Shown here one piece after another: positions 55,925 to 64,000 of a stretch of DNA of 64,000 nt (the stretch's first letter is position 1; every line of letters starts with the position of its first letter). Source of the DNA: Candidatus Prevotella equi (lineage in GTDB: Bacteria; Bacteroidota; Bacteroidia; Bacteroidales; Bacteroidaceae); the NCBI GenBank assembly GCA_018065145.1, contig JAGHTW010000067.1:3067-67066 (forward strand), written 5' to 3'. The notes beneath the pieces are model-generated. The model saw only the letters and a program-made list of their open reading frames with translations, was not told the DNA's origin and did not search any database. A program made the position numbers and the translations under genes.

Positions 55925-57307
55925 ATGAAAAAAGCAATTCTTAACTTAGCCCTTTGCGCTGTAGCTCTCGCTCCTGTCGTTTCTTGTACCAACGAGGAGA
56001 TGACAAGGGAGGAAAAGCAGCAGGCTGCAATCACTGAAATGCTCACCGAAGGCATGAAGCCAAGTGCAGAGAACATTTCACTCATGGGAAGCAACAGTAC
56101 TGCTGATGAGTCTCGTGCTCCTATTTACACTAATGACAATGACAAGGGTCAGTTCTTTGAAACAAAGGACCACTCTATCGGTATCTTTATGCTCGCAAAG
56201 AAAGTGTGTGATGAGAATATCTCTGACGGCAAGTACAGCGAGTATGCTCCTTATAAGTATCTTAAGGTGGACTGGACATCACCAAAGGATGCTGAAAATC
56301 CACAGTATAGCGACGTATGGTCTGTATATCTGAAGAATGTACGTGCTAAGGCTGACTATGTGAAGAATGCTGCTGATGAAATCGTTGGCACAAAGCTTAA
56401 CTTCCATCCTGGTGACCTCGCACCAACAGACAGCCGTCGTTTCTATCCTATGGGTGCTTATCATAACTACTGGTTCTATGGTTATGCTCCATTCGACAAG
56501 GCTGAGATAAGCGCTAAGCCTGCACGTATGTCTGCATTGTTCAAAGACCTTAATGGTACTCAGGACGTTATATACGGTATCGGTAAGCCTGATATCACTG
56601 ATACTCATGCTACATGGGCTTACAGTGCAAAGTATTTCCGCTTCTCAGAGAACCGCGACCCTGTAACAGACGTTCCTGATTCTGTAACAATGAAGTTCTC
56701 TCACAAGATGATGATGGTGAGACTGAAGATTACTGCTGGTGGTACTCCAATCAATTCTACACTCCCTGACGTGGATCGTAACTACAGTGGCGCTTACGCT
56801 ACTACTGTTGAGAAGATCAACTTCACAAATGTTCCTTCTGTAATGGAGCTTATCCTTGCTGATAACGATGATAATACAAAGGATGGTACATTCCTTCCTG
56901 CTGAGGGCGCTACACGTACAAAGGTGTATTCTGTTAATGTAAATACGAATCCTAAGCCAAAGTATCCTAACTACGAAATAGGAAAGGATACTAACGTTCC
57001 TGATACTATTGAGGTAGGAACCGTTCTTCTCCCTGTAATAACAGGTCTTAAGGAGAATCCTTACATGATTTCTGTATCATTGAAGTATCAGGGCATAAGC
57101 CTTCCTATGCTTGTTCCAATGCGCTTACCTGTTGCTGTTGACGAGTATAGCAATGATTACTTCAAGCCAGGTTATATCTATGACGTGGTGCTGAAGATCT
57201 ATCAGCCAGAGGATATCAACCTCAATGCTACTCTTAAGCCATGGGTTGAGTCAACAACATCACCATTCATCTCTCCTGATGGTGACGGAACATTCCCAAT
57301 ACACTAA
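55925..57307 (+). CDS. fimbrillin-like lipoprotein, paralogue 4
   Basis: Lipobox 'VVSC' (Cys21), 'ESR|AP' (Arg64). It is colinear with paralogue 3, for example 'DLNGTQDVIYG', 'FSHKMMMVRLKI' and 'DRNYSGAYATTVEKINFTNVP'. Confidence 0.55.
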   Translation: MKKAILNLALCAVALAPVVSCTNEEMTREEKQQAAITEMLTEGMKPSAENISLMGSNSTADESRAPIYTNDNDKGQFFETKDHSIGIFMLAKKVCDENISDGKYSEYAPYKYLKVDWTSPKDAENPQYSDVWSVYLKNVRAKADYVKNAADEIVGTKLNFHPGDLAPTDSRRFYPMGAYHNYWFYGYAPFDKAEISAKPARMSALFKDLNGTQDVIYGIGKPDITDTHATWAYSAKYFRFSENRDPVTDVPDSVTMKFSHKMMMVRLKITAGGTPINSTLPDVDRNYSGAYATTVEKINFTNVPSVMELILADNDDNTKDGTFLPAEGATRTKVYSVNVNTNPKPKYPNYEIGKDTNVPDTIEVGTVLLPVITGLKENPYMISVSLKYQGISLPMLVPMRLPVAVDEYSNDYFKPGYIYDVVLKIYQPEDINLNATLKPWVESTTSPFISPDGDGTFPIH

Positions 57308-57325
57308 TATGACAAGCGATGCTTT

Positions 57326-57357
57326 GTGTGGCTGTCGCAATAACGCGGCAGCCGCAC
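57326..57357 (+). terminator. possible hairpin/attenuator between the two halves of the pilus-like cluster
   Basis: gtgtggctg / cagccgcac forms a 9-bp stem with one G-U pair, plus an inner cgc/gcg pairing. No clear U-tract follows, so it may be a processing or stability hairpin rather than a terminator. Confidence 0.35.
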
Positions 57358-57490
57358 AAGACATCATACTTACAGAGTTATTCATACTTTTATAAATCAT
57401 ACCCCGCCTTCACAAACCAACAACGTTGAGTTCCGTGTGACAATGTTGCATGGGAAAAGAAAATAAAGCCCAACGACAAAACGATAAGAT

Positions 57491-58051
57491 ATGAGAAAAA
57501 TCCTTCTTACATTCGCAATGATAATGATGTTTACCGCCAGCACGAAAGCACAGATGTTAGCGGTAAACACCGACGTAGCCATGGATGCGATCACTGCACC
57601 ATCGCTCGGTGTGGAATTAGTGTTAGGTAAGAAGTCTTCACTGAACATCAACGCACTCTATGGTCCTAACATCCTCGGAACAAAGGCGAAGGTTGTTGCC
57701 ATACAGCCAGAGTGGCGTGTTTATATATCAGGACGTCCTATGTATCATCATTACTTTGGTGTTGTAGGACTCTTGACACAGTACAAGTTTAAGTTGAAGA
57801 ATAAGTGGCGTGATGGTGATGCTGCAGGTATAGGCGTGTCATACGGTTATGTGTTGCCAGTGACACCACGTCTGCTCTTTGATTTCCATACATCAGTAGG
57901 CGGTATCTTCTATCACCAGAAAGAGTATGCCGTTGGTGATGATTATGACGCACATTACACCAACGAGGAGGGTTATCCTAAGGCAAATGCAAAGGGTTCT
58001 ATTATACTTCCGCTACGTTTAGGTGTTTCACTGACATATATTCTTAAGTAA
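57491..58051 (+). CDS. DUF3575-type outer-membrane barrel protein (second copy, no tail)
   Basis: Signal peptide 'MRKILLTFAMIMMFTASTKAQ'. 'LAVNTDVAMDAITAPSLGVELVLGKKSSLNI', 'IQPEWRVYI' and 'GIGVSYGY' fit the DUF3575 pattern. Confidence 0.65.
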   Translation: MRKILLTFAMIMMFTASTKAQMLAVNTDVAMDAITAPSLGVELVLGKKSSLNINALYGPNILGTKAKVVAIQPEWRVYISGRPMYHHYFGVVGLLTQYKFKLKNKWRDGDAAGIGVSYGYVLPVTPRLLFDFHTSVGGIFYHQKEYAVGDDYDAHYTNEEGYPKANAKGSIILPLRLGVSLTYILK

Positions 58052-58075
58052 TCATATATTATATCAATTATCGGG

Positions 58076-60610
58076 ATGAGACAAACCTTATTATATATTA
58101 CGTTACTTCTTAGCTTCGTTATTGCAGGTAATAAGACCTTTGCGCAGAATGAGGCTCTTGATGCCAATGTTCATGTGAACTTTGAAACGGCAGGCGAGAA
58201 GGAATACCGCACCGTGCAGTATGCTTTGTTCAAGACAGAGAACAAGGCAAACGTTGTGTTGCAGGAACTGGAAAAGGCTATAGCACTGCAGCGTGGTGAT
58301 AATGGTGCAATAGAACTTGACGCATGGACCAATGCGCTCACAAAGAACAAGATAAAGTTCCGTACCTCTCGTGGTAACGGTGACTTTAAGGTGCACGCAT
58401 ATCCTGATATGGCGATACTCGTTAGCACTTATTTGCCTGACGATGAGTTGACGATTGAAGATGCGCGCTTTGCTGTTATCGTATTGAAGCCACAGCAGGT
58501 TGAATACGAACACATCTTTAAGGTAAAGATGGATAAGGGTGCTCATAGCATTAGCAATGTGGATGTCATGGGTACTAACCGTGATACCATCAGCATTCAG
58601 GCTGCTCCTGCTATCGATGATGGTAAGAATATGTACTTCAAGATACACGTAGAGCTTCCTGCTGGTTACGGAAATGACCGTGGTCGTCTTGTAGTACAGC
58701 CAAAGTCTGTTGATTGTCAGACAGAGGATACTATAGACTTTATCAGTGGTCTCGTCATGGAAGGACCAGAGTATCACAAGGTTCAGAACAAGCAGATGCT
58801 CTTTGACTACCTCCTTCATGATAAGGTAGCATATGCATATATGGATAAGCCAATGTATTCCGATGAGAAGGTTTACATTGACACGACGCTCGTATATACC
58901 AAGCCTGACCGTAGAAAGTCATACAAGATACCTTATACGGTCCAGATAGCAGACTTCAACCATATCTATTTCACACGTTCTGCAGCGACAGGTTCTTGTA
59001 ATTCGAAGAATATCTTTAAGTTCCTTGACCTCGGTCTCGCGTCAGCAGATATGGATCCGGAAGAGTTCCGTATTGATGCGGAGAGTAACTATGATACGAA
59101 GAATCAGGACTTACGTCTGAAGTTCATCGTTGGTAAGTCAGAACTTACTAACGACTCTACAAACGTAATACAGTTGAATGACCTCGTTAAGGAGTTGCGC
59201 TCATACGGAGACCAGCTCATGGAGGTGAATATTGAAGCTACAGCATCACCTGAAGGCGGTTTGGAGTCTAACCGTAAGCTCGCAGCAGATCGTACCCGCG
59301 TTGCTGTCGGTAAGGTTCGCCAGATTCTTGGTAAGGTAGATATCGCCTTCCATACAGCTCCTCCACGTGTATGTACATGGGAAGATGTTGCAAAGGAGTT
59401 GACATTCGACGGTCGTGAGGACCTTGCAACACTCGTTCTTCAGAACATGGGACCTAACGGCTATGGCGGTGATGCTGCCATACAGCAGATAGAAGGCTAT
59501 AACGAATTCATTGAACCAGTGCTTCAGCGCTTGCGTATGATGCGTGTCACATATCGTTATGAGCGTGAACATGTCATGGGCGCTGATGAAGTGATAGAGG
59601 CTTATTATAATCGTAAGCAAGACTTGTTGCAAGGACGTGGCAAAGACCTCTCAGATGGTGACTATTTCAACCTCTTTGTTCACATCAAGGACTCCCTGGA
59701 GCTTGATACAATCACCATGCTTGCATACAAGCACGTTACAAAGCGTGGCGGTTATGAGCAGGTGAAGTTCTCTATGTACGTTGCTAACCGTATGGCTGTG
59801 CTCAACCAGAAGCTTGGAAAGCCAGACTCACGCGTCCTTGATCCATTCATCAACAAGCGTTTGCGTGCCGTTACAACAAAGGAACACGGCGATCGTGCAC
59901 AGAAGAACCGCCGCGAGGTACTCATTAATCAGATTATAACATACTTCCAGTTGGAGGAACGTGATAGCGCCTTGTCCTTCTGTGACTATTGGTTCGGAAA
60001 GGATGACGACCCGAAGGTAGAACGATTGAAGAAATACATCAAGTTCAAGGAAGGCTTTGTGAAGTATGCAACACATCAGTTGACTCCAGAACAAGAGAAA
60101 GAAGTGCTCGACGCAATGGAGTTTGTCATCTCATGTGCTCCAGACAACAAGGCAGTACTCTACACTGAGGCGCGAGACATCTTGAATGTGCCTAATGCAG
60201 TAGCGCAGAAACTTGTCTCACAGATGGCGGATGACAGTCCGAAGAAATGGTATCTGCGTGCTATCCTTGAAGGCGACCTGGAGGAAAAGAAACTTGCAGA
60301 GAGACAGCCAGAGACATATATCCCTAACTATCTCGCATTCTTCCATCACAGTTTCGAATTGGAACCATCATACAAGTGGCTCTATTTCAATGACGGACAG
60401 ATAAGTGACCAGTTACGCGAGCGTTATAAGTATCGTAAGAAGGATATTCCTCGCTACCGAGATATGTTCAACAGCATGGTAGTGCTCAATGGTGCTGCGA
60501 AGACTGTTAATGAAGATGAGATAGAACTTAGCGGTGATGACGATGAACAAGAGTCAGACGCAGCTACAGACGACAACAATCCTGAGAATATAGACGAAAC
60601 AGGTAATTAA
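58076..60610 (+). CDS. large secreted protein with an OmpA-C-like ASPEG segment (DUF3868-like position), a helical C-terminal half and an acidic tail
   Basis: It has a signal peptide. 'VNIEATASPEGGLESNRKLAADRTRVAVGKV' parallels 'KISGYASPEGNAELNQKLSEKRAEAVKNI' of the bona fide OmpA at 39504. The C-terminus is 'SGDDDEQESDAATDDNNPENIDETGN'. Confidence 0.45.
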   Translation: MRQTLLYITLLLSFVIAGNKTFAQNEALDANVHVNFETAGEKEYRTVQYALFKTENKANVVLQELEKAIALQRGDNGAIELDAWTNALTKNKIKFRTSRGNGDFKVHAYPDMAILVSTYLPDDELTIEDARFAVIVLKPQQVEYEHIFKVKMDKGAHSISNVDVMGTNRDTISIQAAPAIDDGKNMYFKIHVELPAGYGNDRGRLVVQPKSVDCQTEDTIDFISGLVMEGPEYHKVQNKQMLFDYLLHDKVAYAYMDKPMYSDEKVYIDTTLVYTKPDRRKSYKIPYTVQIADFNHIYFTRSAATGSCNSKNIFKFLDLGLASADMDPEEFRIDAESNYDTKNQDLRLKFIVGKSELTNDSTNVIQLNDLVKELRSYGDQLMEVNIEATASPEGGLESNRKLAADRTRVAVGKVRQILGKVDIAFHTAPPRVCTWEDVAKELTFDGREDLATLVLQNMGPNGYGGDAAIQQIEGYNEFIEPVLQRLRMMRVTYRYEREHVMGADEVIEAYYNRKQDLLQGRGKDLSDGDYFNLFVHIKDSLELDTITMLAYKHVTKRGGYEQVKFSMYVANRMAVLNQKLGKPDSRVLDPFINKRLRAVTTKEHGDRAQKNRREVLINQIITYFQLEERDSALSFCDYWFGKDDDPKVERLKKYIKFKEGFVKYATHQLTPEQEKEVLDAMEFVISCAPDNKAVLYTEARDILNVPNAVAQKLVSQMADDSPKKWYLRAILEGDLEEKKLAERQPETYIPNYLAFFHHSFELEPSYKWLYFNDGQISDQLRERYKYRKKDIPRYRDMFNSMVVLNGAAKTVNEDEIELSGDDDEQESDAATDDNNPENIDETGN

Positions 60611-60627
60611 TATACCCACCCGTTATA

Positions 60628-62922
60628 ATGATGAAGATACAGACGAAAATATTTTTCATAGCATTCCTTACCATACTTCTCCCTTGCCTTACAGTAGGAG
60701 AGTGGGGTGGTAAGGCATGGAGTCTTCCAATAGACTATCGTGATATTGATCCGTTGGATACTCTTGATGAAGAGGATATAATAGCGTTGCGTGACACTTC
60801 TATGTTGACACGCCGTAACCTTGCAAAGGATACTGAGTCAGTCAATGCGCTGGACTATATCCTTAAGGATCGCTATTCTCCAAAGCATCAGTCTTTTGAT
60901 CATAAGTGGTACGACCATCTGTATGTTGGTGCAAGCCTTGGATTTGAGAAAATCAATCCACAGTCATCATCATACAAGTTCCGCACTATGACGCAGGTGG
61001 ACCTTCTTGTAGGTAAGCAGTTGGATAAGTACAACAGTCTTCGCCTTGGATTAGGTGGTGGCTGGGGTTATCAGCAGGATAAGAATCTCTGGTTGAAGCG
61101 TGCTTCCCTGAAGCTTGACTATATGTACAACCTCTCTACCTTCTTTGCTGGTTACAATCCTGCTCGCAGGGTAGAGGCATCGTTGCTCTTCGGTGTAGGA
61201 GCCAATTACTCTTGGATAAACAGTAGCGACAAGCAGTTTGCGCCAGAGGCACATTTCGGTGTACAGCTGAAGTGCTATACCGGTCCGCTTGGTACTATGA
61301 ACATAGAGCCTTACATCGGTATATCTTCAGACAAGATAGATATCTCTGGTAAGCGTAACTGGAGAGGCTATGATATCTTCTATGGTATCAATGTCAACTA
61401 TGCGTTCTATCTTGTTGACAACCTCTCAAAGGAGTCACGTCAGACACTTCTTGAGTCACGTATGGCTGGTGACCGCATGGTAGATCCAAAGACATTGGAT
61501 TCTTGGCGTACACCATGGTTCGTGGAATACTCTATGGGAATGGTGATGAGTCACTCTGACTACCTTGATTTCTCAAAGACCATGGGCAACCAGACCGCTC
61601 TCAGTGTTGGTCGTTGGCTCTCTCCTGCTATCGGTTTCCGTCTCTCTGCCGTTACCCGTGCAACGAAGTGGCAGCAGAACACCATCGATGCAACGAAGAA
61701 GAATGCTGCATACGTCAATAACTACAACTCACATTATGTCAGTGGCAGACTTGAAGCTCTCCTCAATCCATTCGGCTTCTTCAAGAACTTCAAGTGGGAT
61801 GCTCCATGGGGTGCATACCTAGCATTTGGTGGAGAGGTAGGTCAGCTGACAAAATACATGCCTTATGGCCGTATGAAGACAACAAGCGAGTCTTATGATA
61901 TCGGTGCACACTTCTGGTATGCTATCAGCGAAGACCTCCAGGCATTTATTGAGCCACGATTTACTCGCACTGTTTACACCATACCATATAGCAATGTAAA
62001 TATGCGCAAGATGTATGGCGACAACAATTTCGGTATTGACTTCGGTCTCACTATGCTCATACGTTCTGAGAAATACCATGACCTCTACGAGATGGACCAT
62101 ACTCAGAACTACACCTATCGTAACATTCGCGGTACCCGCGTAGGTGTTGCTGCTGGTCTCCCTGTATTCCAGAGACGTTATGACTACATAGGAAAGAATG
62201 CTCCAAACTGGAACGCTATGGCATTCGCCGAATACCGTTTCAATGAGCTTCACAGCGTTCGTGGTCAGGCAGAGCTGCTCACCAGCACAGGCAATGTATA
62301 TACCGGATACACCGATAAATATACAAATACATTGGGTAAGACCACTACCACCTCTCGTGAAGGCGTATGGAAATACCGTCGTAAGATGCTCCTTGCATCG
62401 CTCAACTACGAGGTCAGCCTGACAAACCTCTGCAGTGGTCGTCTGCGCGACCGTCGTTTCGAACTCGAAGCATTCGCTGGTCCAGCTGTAGGTGTTATCC
62501 TTTCTACCAATGCAAGCATCAATCCTGCAGAACCAATGGCCGATGGAGACCATATCCTTACAGCCAGCTATAAGGATAATAAGAAACCTATGGTGGGTCT
62601 TGACCTCGGTCTTAAGCTGAGCACACATATATGGAAGGGTATCTCCGTATTCCTTACCCCAACAGTATATATGCTTCACAGCAAGGAAGACATTCGCGGC
62701 CTCAATACTGTCAGCTTAGGTAACTTCCATCTATACCAGACTCTCAACGTTGGTGTGCAGTATAAGATAGGTAAGCTTCGCAGAAACCCAGAGGTTGTGC
62801 GCCGCATACACCAGCGCCAGGACCGTGACTGGAAGCATAAGCAGCTTGTACAGGAACAGAAGTATGCTGAGAAGCTTGCAGAGAAGCAGGCAAAGCGCAA
62901 AGCAAAATATTTCAGTAAATAA
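60628..62922 (+). CDS. 764-aa secreted beta-rich protein with three barrel-like modules and a basic C-terminal tail
   Basis: It has a signal peptide. Three ~200-aa segments of alternating amphipathic strands begin near 'LYVGASLGFEK', 'FVEYSMGMVMS' and 'RVGVAAGLPVF'. The tail is 'KHKQLVQEQKYAEKLAEKQAKRKAKYFSK'. Confidence 0.45.
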   Translation: MMKIQTKIFFIAFLTILLPCLTVGEWGGKAWSLPIDYRDIDPLDTLDEEDIIALRDTSMLTRRNLAKDTESVNALDYILKDRYSPKHQSFDHKWYDHLYVGASLGFEKINPQSSSYKFRTMTQVDLLVGKQLDKYNSLRLGLGGGWGYQQDKNLWLKRASLKLDYMYNLSTFFAGYNPARRVEASLLFGVGANYSWINSSDKQFAPEAHFGVQLKCYTGPLGTMNIEPYIGISSDKIDISGKRNWRGYDIFYGINVNYAFYLVDNLSKESRQTLLESRMAGDRMVDPKTLDSWRTPWFVEYSMGMVMSHSDYLDFSKTMGNQTALSVGRWLSPAIGFRLSAVTRATKWQQNTIDATKKNAAYVNNYNSHYVSGRLEALLNPFGFFKNFKWDAPWGAYLAFGGEVGQLTKYMPYGRMKTTSESYDIGAHFWYAISEDLQAFIEPRFTRTVYTIPYSNVNMRKMYGDNNFGIDFGLTMLIRSEKYHDLYEMDHTQNYTYRNIRGTRVGVAAGLPVFQRRYDYIGKNAPNWNAMAFAEYRFNELHSVRGQAELLTSTGNVYTGYTDKYTNTLGKTTTTSREGVWKYRRKMLLASLNYEVSLTNLCSGRLRDRRFELEAFAGPAVGVILSTNASINPAEPMADGDHILTASYKDNKKPMVGLDLGLKLSTHIWKGISVFLTPTVYMLHSKEDIRGLNTVSLGNFHLYQTLNVGVQYKIGKLRRNPEVVRRIHQRQDRDWKHKQLVQEQKYAEKLAEKQAKRKAKYFSK

Positions 62923-62930
62923 ATTGTAAG

Positions 62931-64000
62931 ATGACACATACAAAGTATTTCATTTCCCTTTTCGTCTTCGTTTTCGTCTTCGTACAGAACGTTTCGGCAC
63001 AGAAAGACCCTGATGCGGTACAGTCTGCCATGGCACAACTGATACACCATCAGTCCACCAATGCTGATACCATTGCGGTGGAGTTGTCCAAGCGCTTTAA
63101 GAAGAGTGCGCCGATGCAGGTAGCCCTTGCACGTGCGTACTATCGTAACAACGAACGTAGCAAGACACGTTATTATCTTGCCAAGGCAATGCAGGCAGAC
63201 GACAAGTATTCTCCAGCATACATCCTCTACGGAGATATGTATGGTGAGTGGGACATTGACTCTGCATGCTACTGGTTTGACAAGGCTATAGAGGCAAAGC
63301 CACGTGATCCTGACGGATATGTGCGCTATGCCAATGTGATGTCACGCCGAGACATGGACAAGGCAAAGGAGAAACTCGAGGAATTGCGTAAGGTTCTGCC
63401 ATCATACAACGTTGATGTTGAGATAGCATCCCTTTATAATAAGAAAGGTGATGACAAGTCTGCAGCAGAAGCTATGGCAGGTGTTGACCTTCGTTCACTC
63501 TCTATGAACCAGACAGCCCAGTACCTTCAGAACTGTTATTGGGCAAACAACGACGAGCGCGGTATCGAAGTTGCTAAGTTCGCTGTCAAGCGCTTCCCAC
63601 AGAACCGTGGTTTCAACCGTGTTTATTCTTGGTGTGCAGCCCGTTCCGGTTCTTATAAGGAAGCTATCGAACAGGGCGACAAGTGGTTTAAGAATACTCC
63701 TGTCGATTCTATCAACTCTATTGACCTCCTTACTATGGGCTCTGCCTATCTTGGAGAGGGCAATTATGACAAGGCATTCAGCTATTGGGAGCGCATCAAG
63801 TTCCTGAAGAATGACTACTTCGCACCACAGATGCGTGGACAGATCAACCGCCTTGTAAACGCACGCGTTGATGCACTGAAAGGAAATGGTGAGTATGACA
63901 ATGCAGCAGACCTTTACCGTCGCTTCGTTAAGGAATATCCAAGTGAGACAGACCCTGCATATCAGCTCTATTCACTCTCACAGATACACCGCGATGAGCA
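62931..64000 (+). CDS. secreted TPR-repeat protein, N-terminal part (3' end outside window)
   Basis: This ORF is absent from the supplied track because it has no stop in the window. My own translation is 'MTHTKYFISLFVFVFVFVQNVSAQKDPDAVQ...ALARAYYRNNERSKTRYYLAKAMQADDKYSPAYILYGDMY...', with helical 34-residue-type repeats. It starts 8 nt after the previous stop. Confidence 0.6.
   Translation, partial: MTHTKYFISLFVFVFVFVQNVSAQKDPDAVQSAMAQLIHHQSTNADTIAVELSKRFKKSAPMQVALARAYYRNNERSKTRYYLAKAMQADDKYSPAYILYGDMYGEWDIDSACYWFDKAIEAKPRDPDGYVRYANVMSRRDMDKAKEKLEELRKVLPSYNVDVEIASLYNKKGDDKSAAEAMAGVDLRSLSMNQTAQYLQNCYWANNDERGIEVAKFAVKRFPQNRGFNRVYSWCAARSGSYKEAIEQGDKWFKNTPVDSINSIDLLTMGSAYLGEGNYDKAFSYWERIKFLKNDYFAPQMRGQINRLVNARVDALKGNGEYDNAADLYRRFVKEYPSETDPAYQLYSLSQIHRDE

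Noticed and set aside
1-64000. Scan for mobile elements, integrases, toxin-antitoxin pairs, restriction or other defence genes, and tRNA/rRNA genes.
   Set aside because: No ORF carries transposase, integrase, nuclease-helicase or reverse-transcriptase signatures. The intergenic regions are too short or too repeat-rich to hold tRNA genes, and none folds into a cloverleaf by eye.

Overview
The window looks like a chromosomal segment of a Bacteroidales genome, probably Prevotella-like. That call is an inference from gene content, roughly mid-40s %GC by eye, and repeated TAnnTTTG -7 promoter boxes.

Gene content, left to right:
- The tail of a surface-polysaccharide cluster (ATP-grasp enzyme, glycosyltransferase-like protein, Wzx flippase).
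- A preQ0 operon, queD-queE-folE.
- DUF1599, a MauE/DoxX-like membrane protein, tpiA, a SPOR protein and xth.
- The complete Na+-NQR operon, nqrABCDEF.
- dnaE, psd-pssA, tadA, rplS, an EamA transporter, an SDR and two small outer-membrane barrels.
- The type IX secretion core, porP-gldK-gldL-gldM-gldN.
- A chorismatase-like/FabG pair, a GH140-like hydrolase and a YfhO-like membrane protein.
- A highly codon-biased OmpA gene, a PfkB kinase, two tandem hexuronate-type MFS transporters, a PL11-like rhamnogalacturonan lyase and rodA.
- From about 48.9 kb to the window end, a 15-kb all-plus-strand cluster of exported proteins.

I found no rRNA, tRNA, CRISPR array, transposase, integrase or obvious defence genes.

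The most interesting region is that 15-kb cluster. I read it as an atypically organised, expanded type V (FimA/Mfa1-class) pilus-like surface system. It contains two DUF3575 barrels (one with a ~170-aa Lys/Ala-rich tail) and an Mfa2-like lipoprotein. It also has four paralogous lipoproteins sharing an S-R-[G/A] site 32-43 residues after the lipobox Cys. The remaining genes encode an 844-aa protein with an OmpA-C-like ASPEG segment, a 764-aa three-module barrel-like protein and a TPR protein that runs off the window.

Other observations read directly from the sequence:
- A preQ1-I-like pseudoknot candidate in the queD leader.
- No stop codon between the MauE/DoxX-like membrane gene and tpiA. 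This depends on an A7 homopolymer; an A6 tract would restore a classic ATGA-coupled gene pair.
- A family of 22-bp-phased GTAATCGTGCC repeats just 3' of folE, dnaE and rodA.
- 7- and 8-bp periodic AT-rich micro-arrays that fill several intergenic spacers up to the start codons. One copy lies inside nqrB, and two composite elements share the conserved core ttgtgattacct...taatcataatt.

All functional calls come from motif recognition by eye. No database search was possible.
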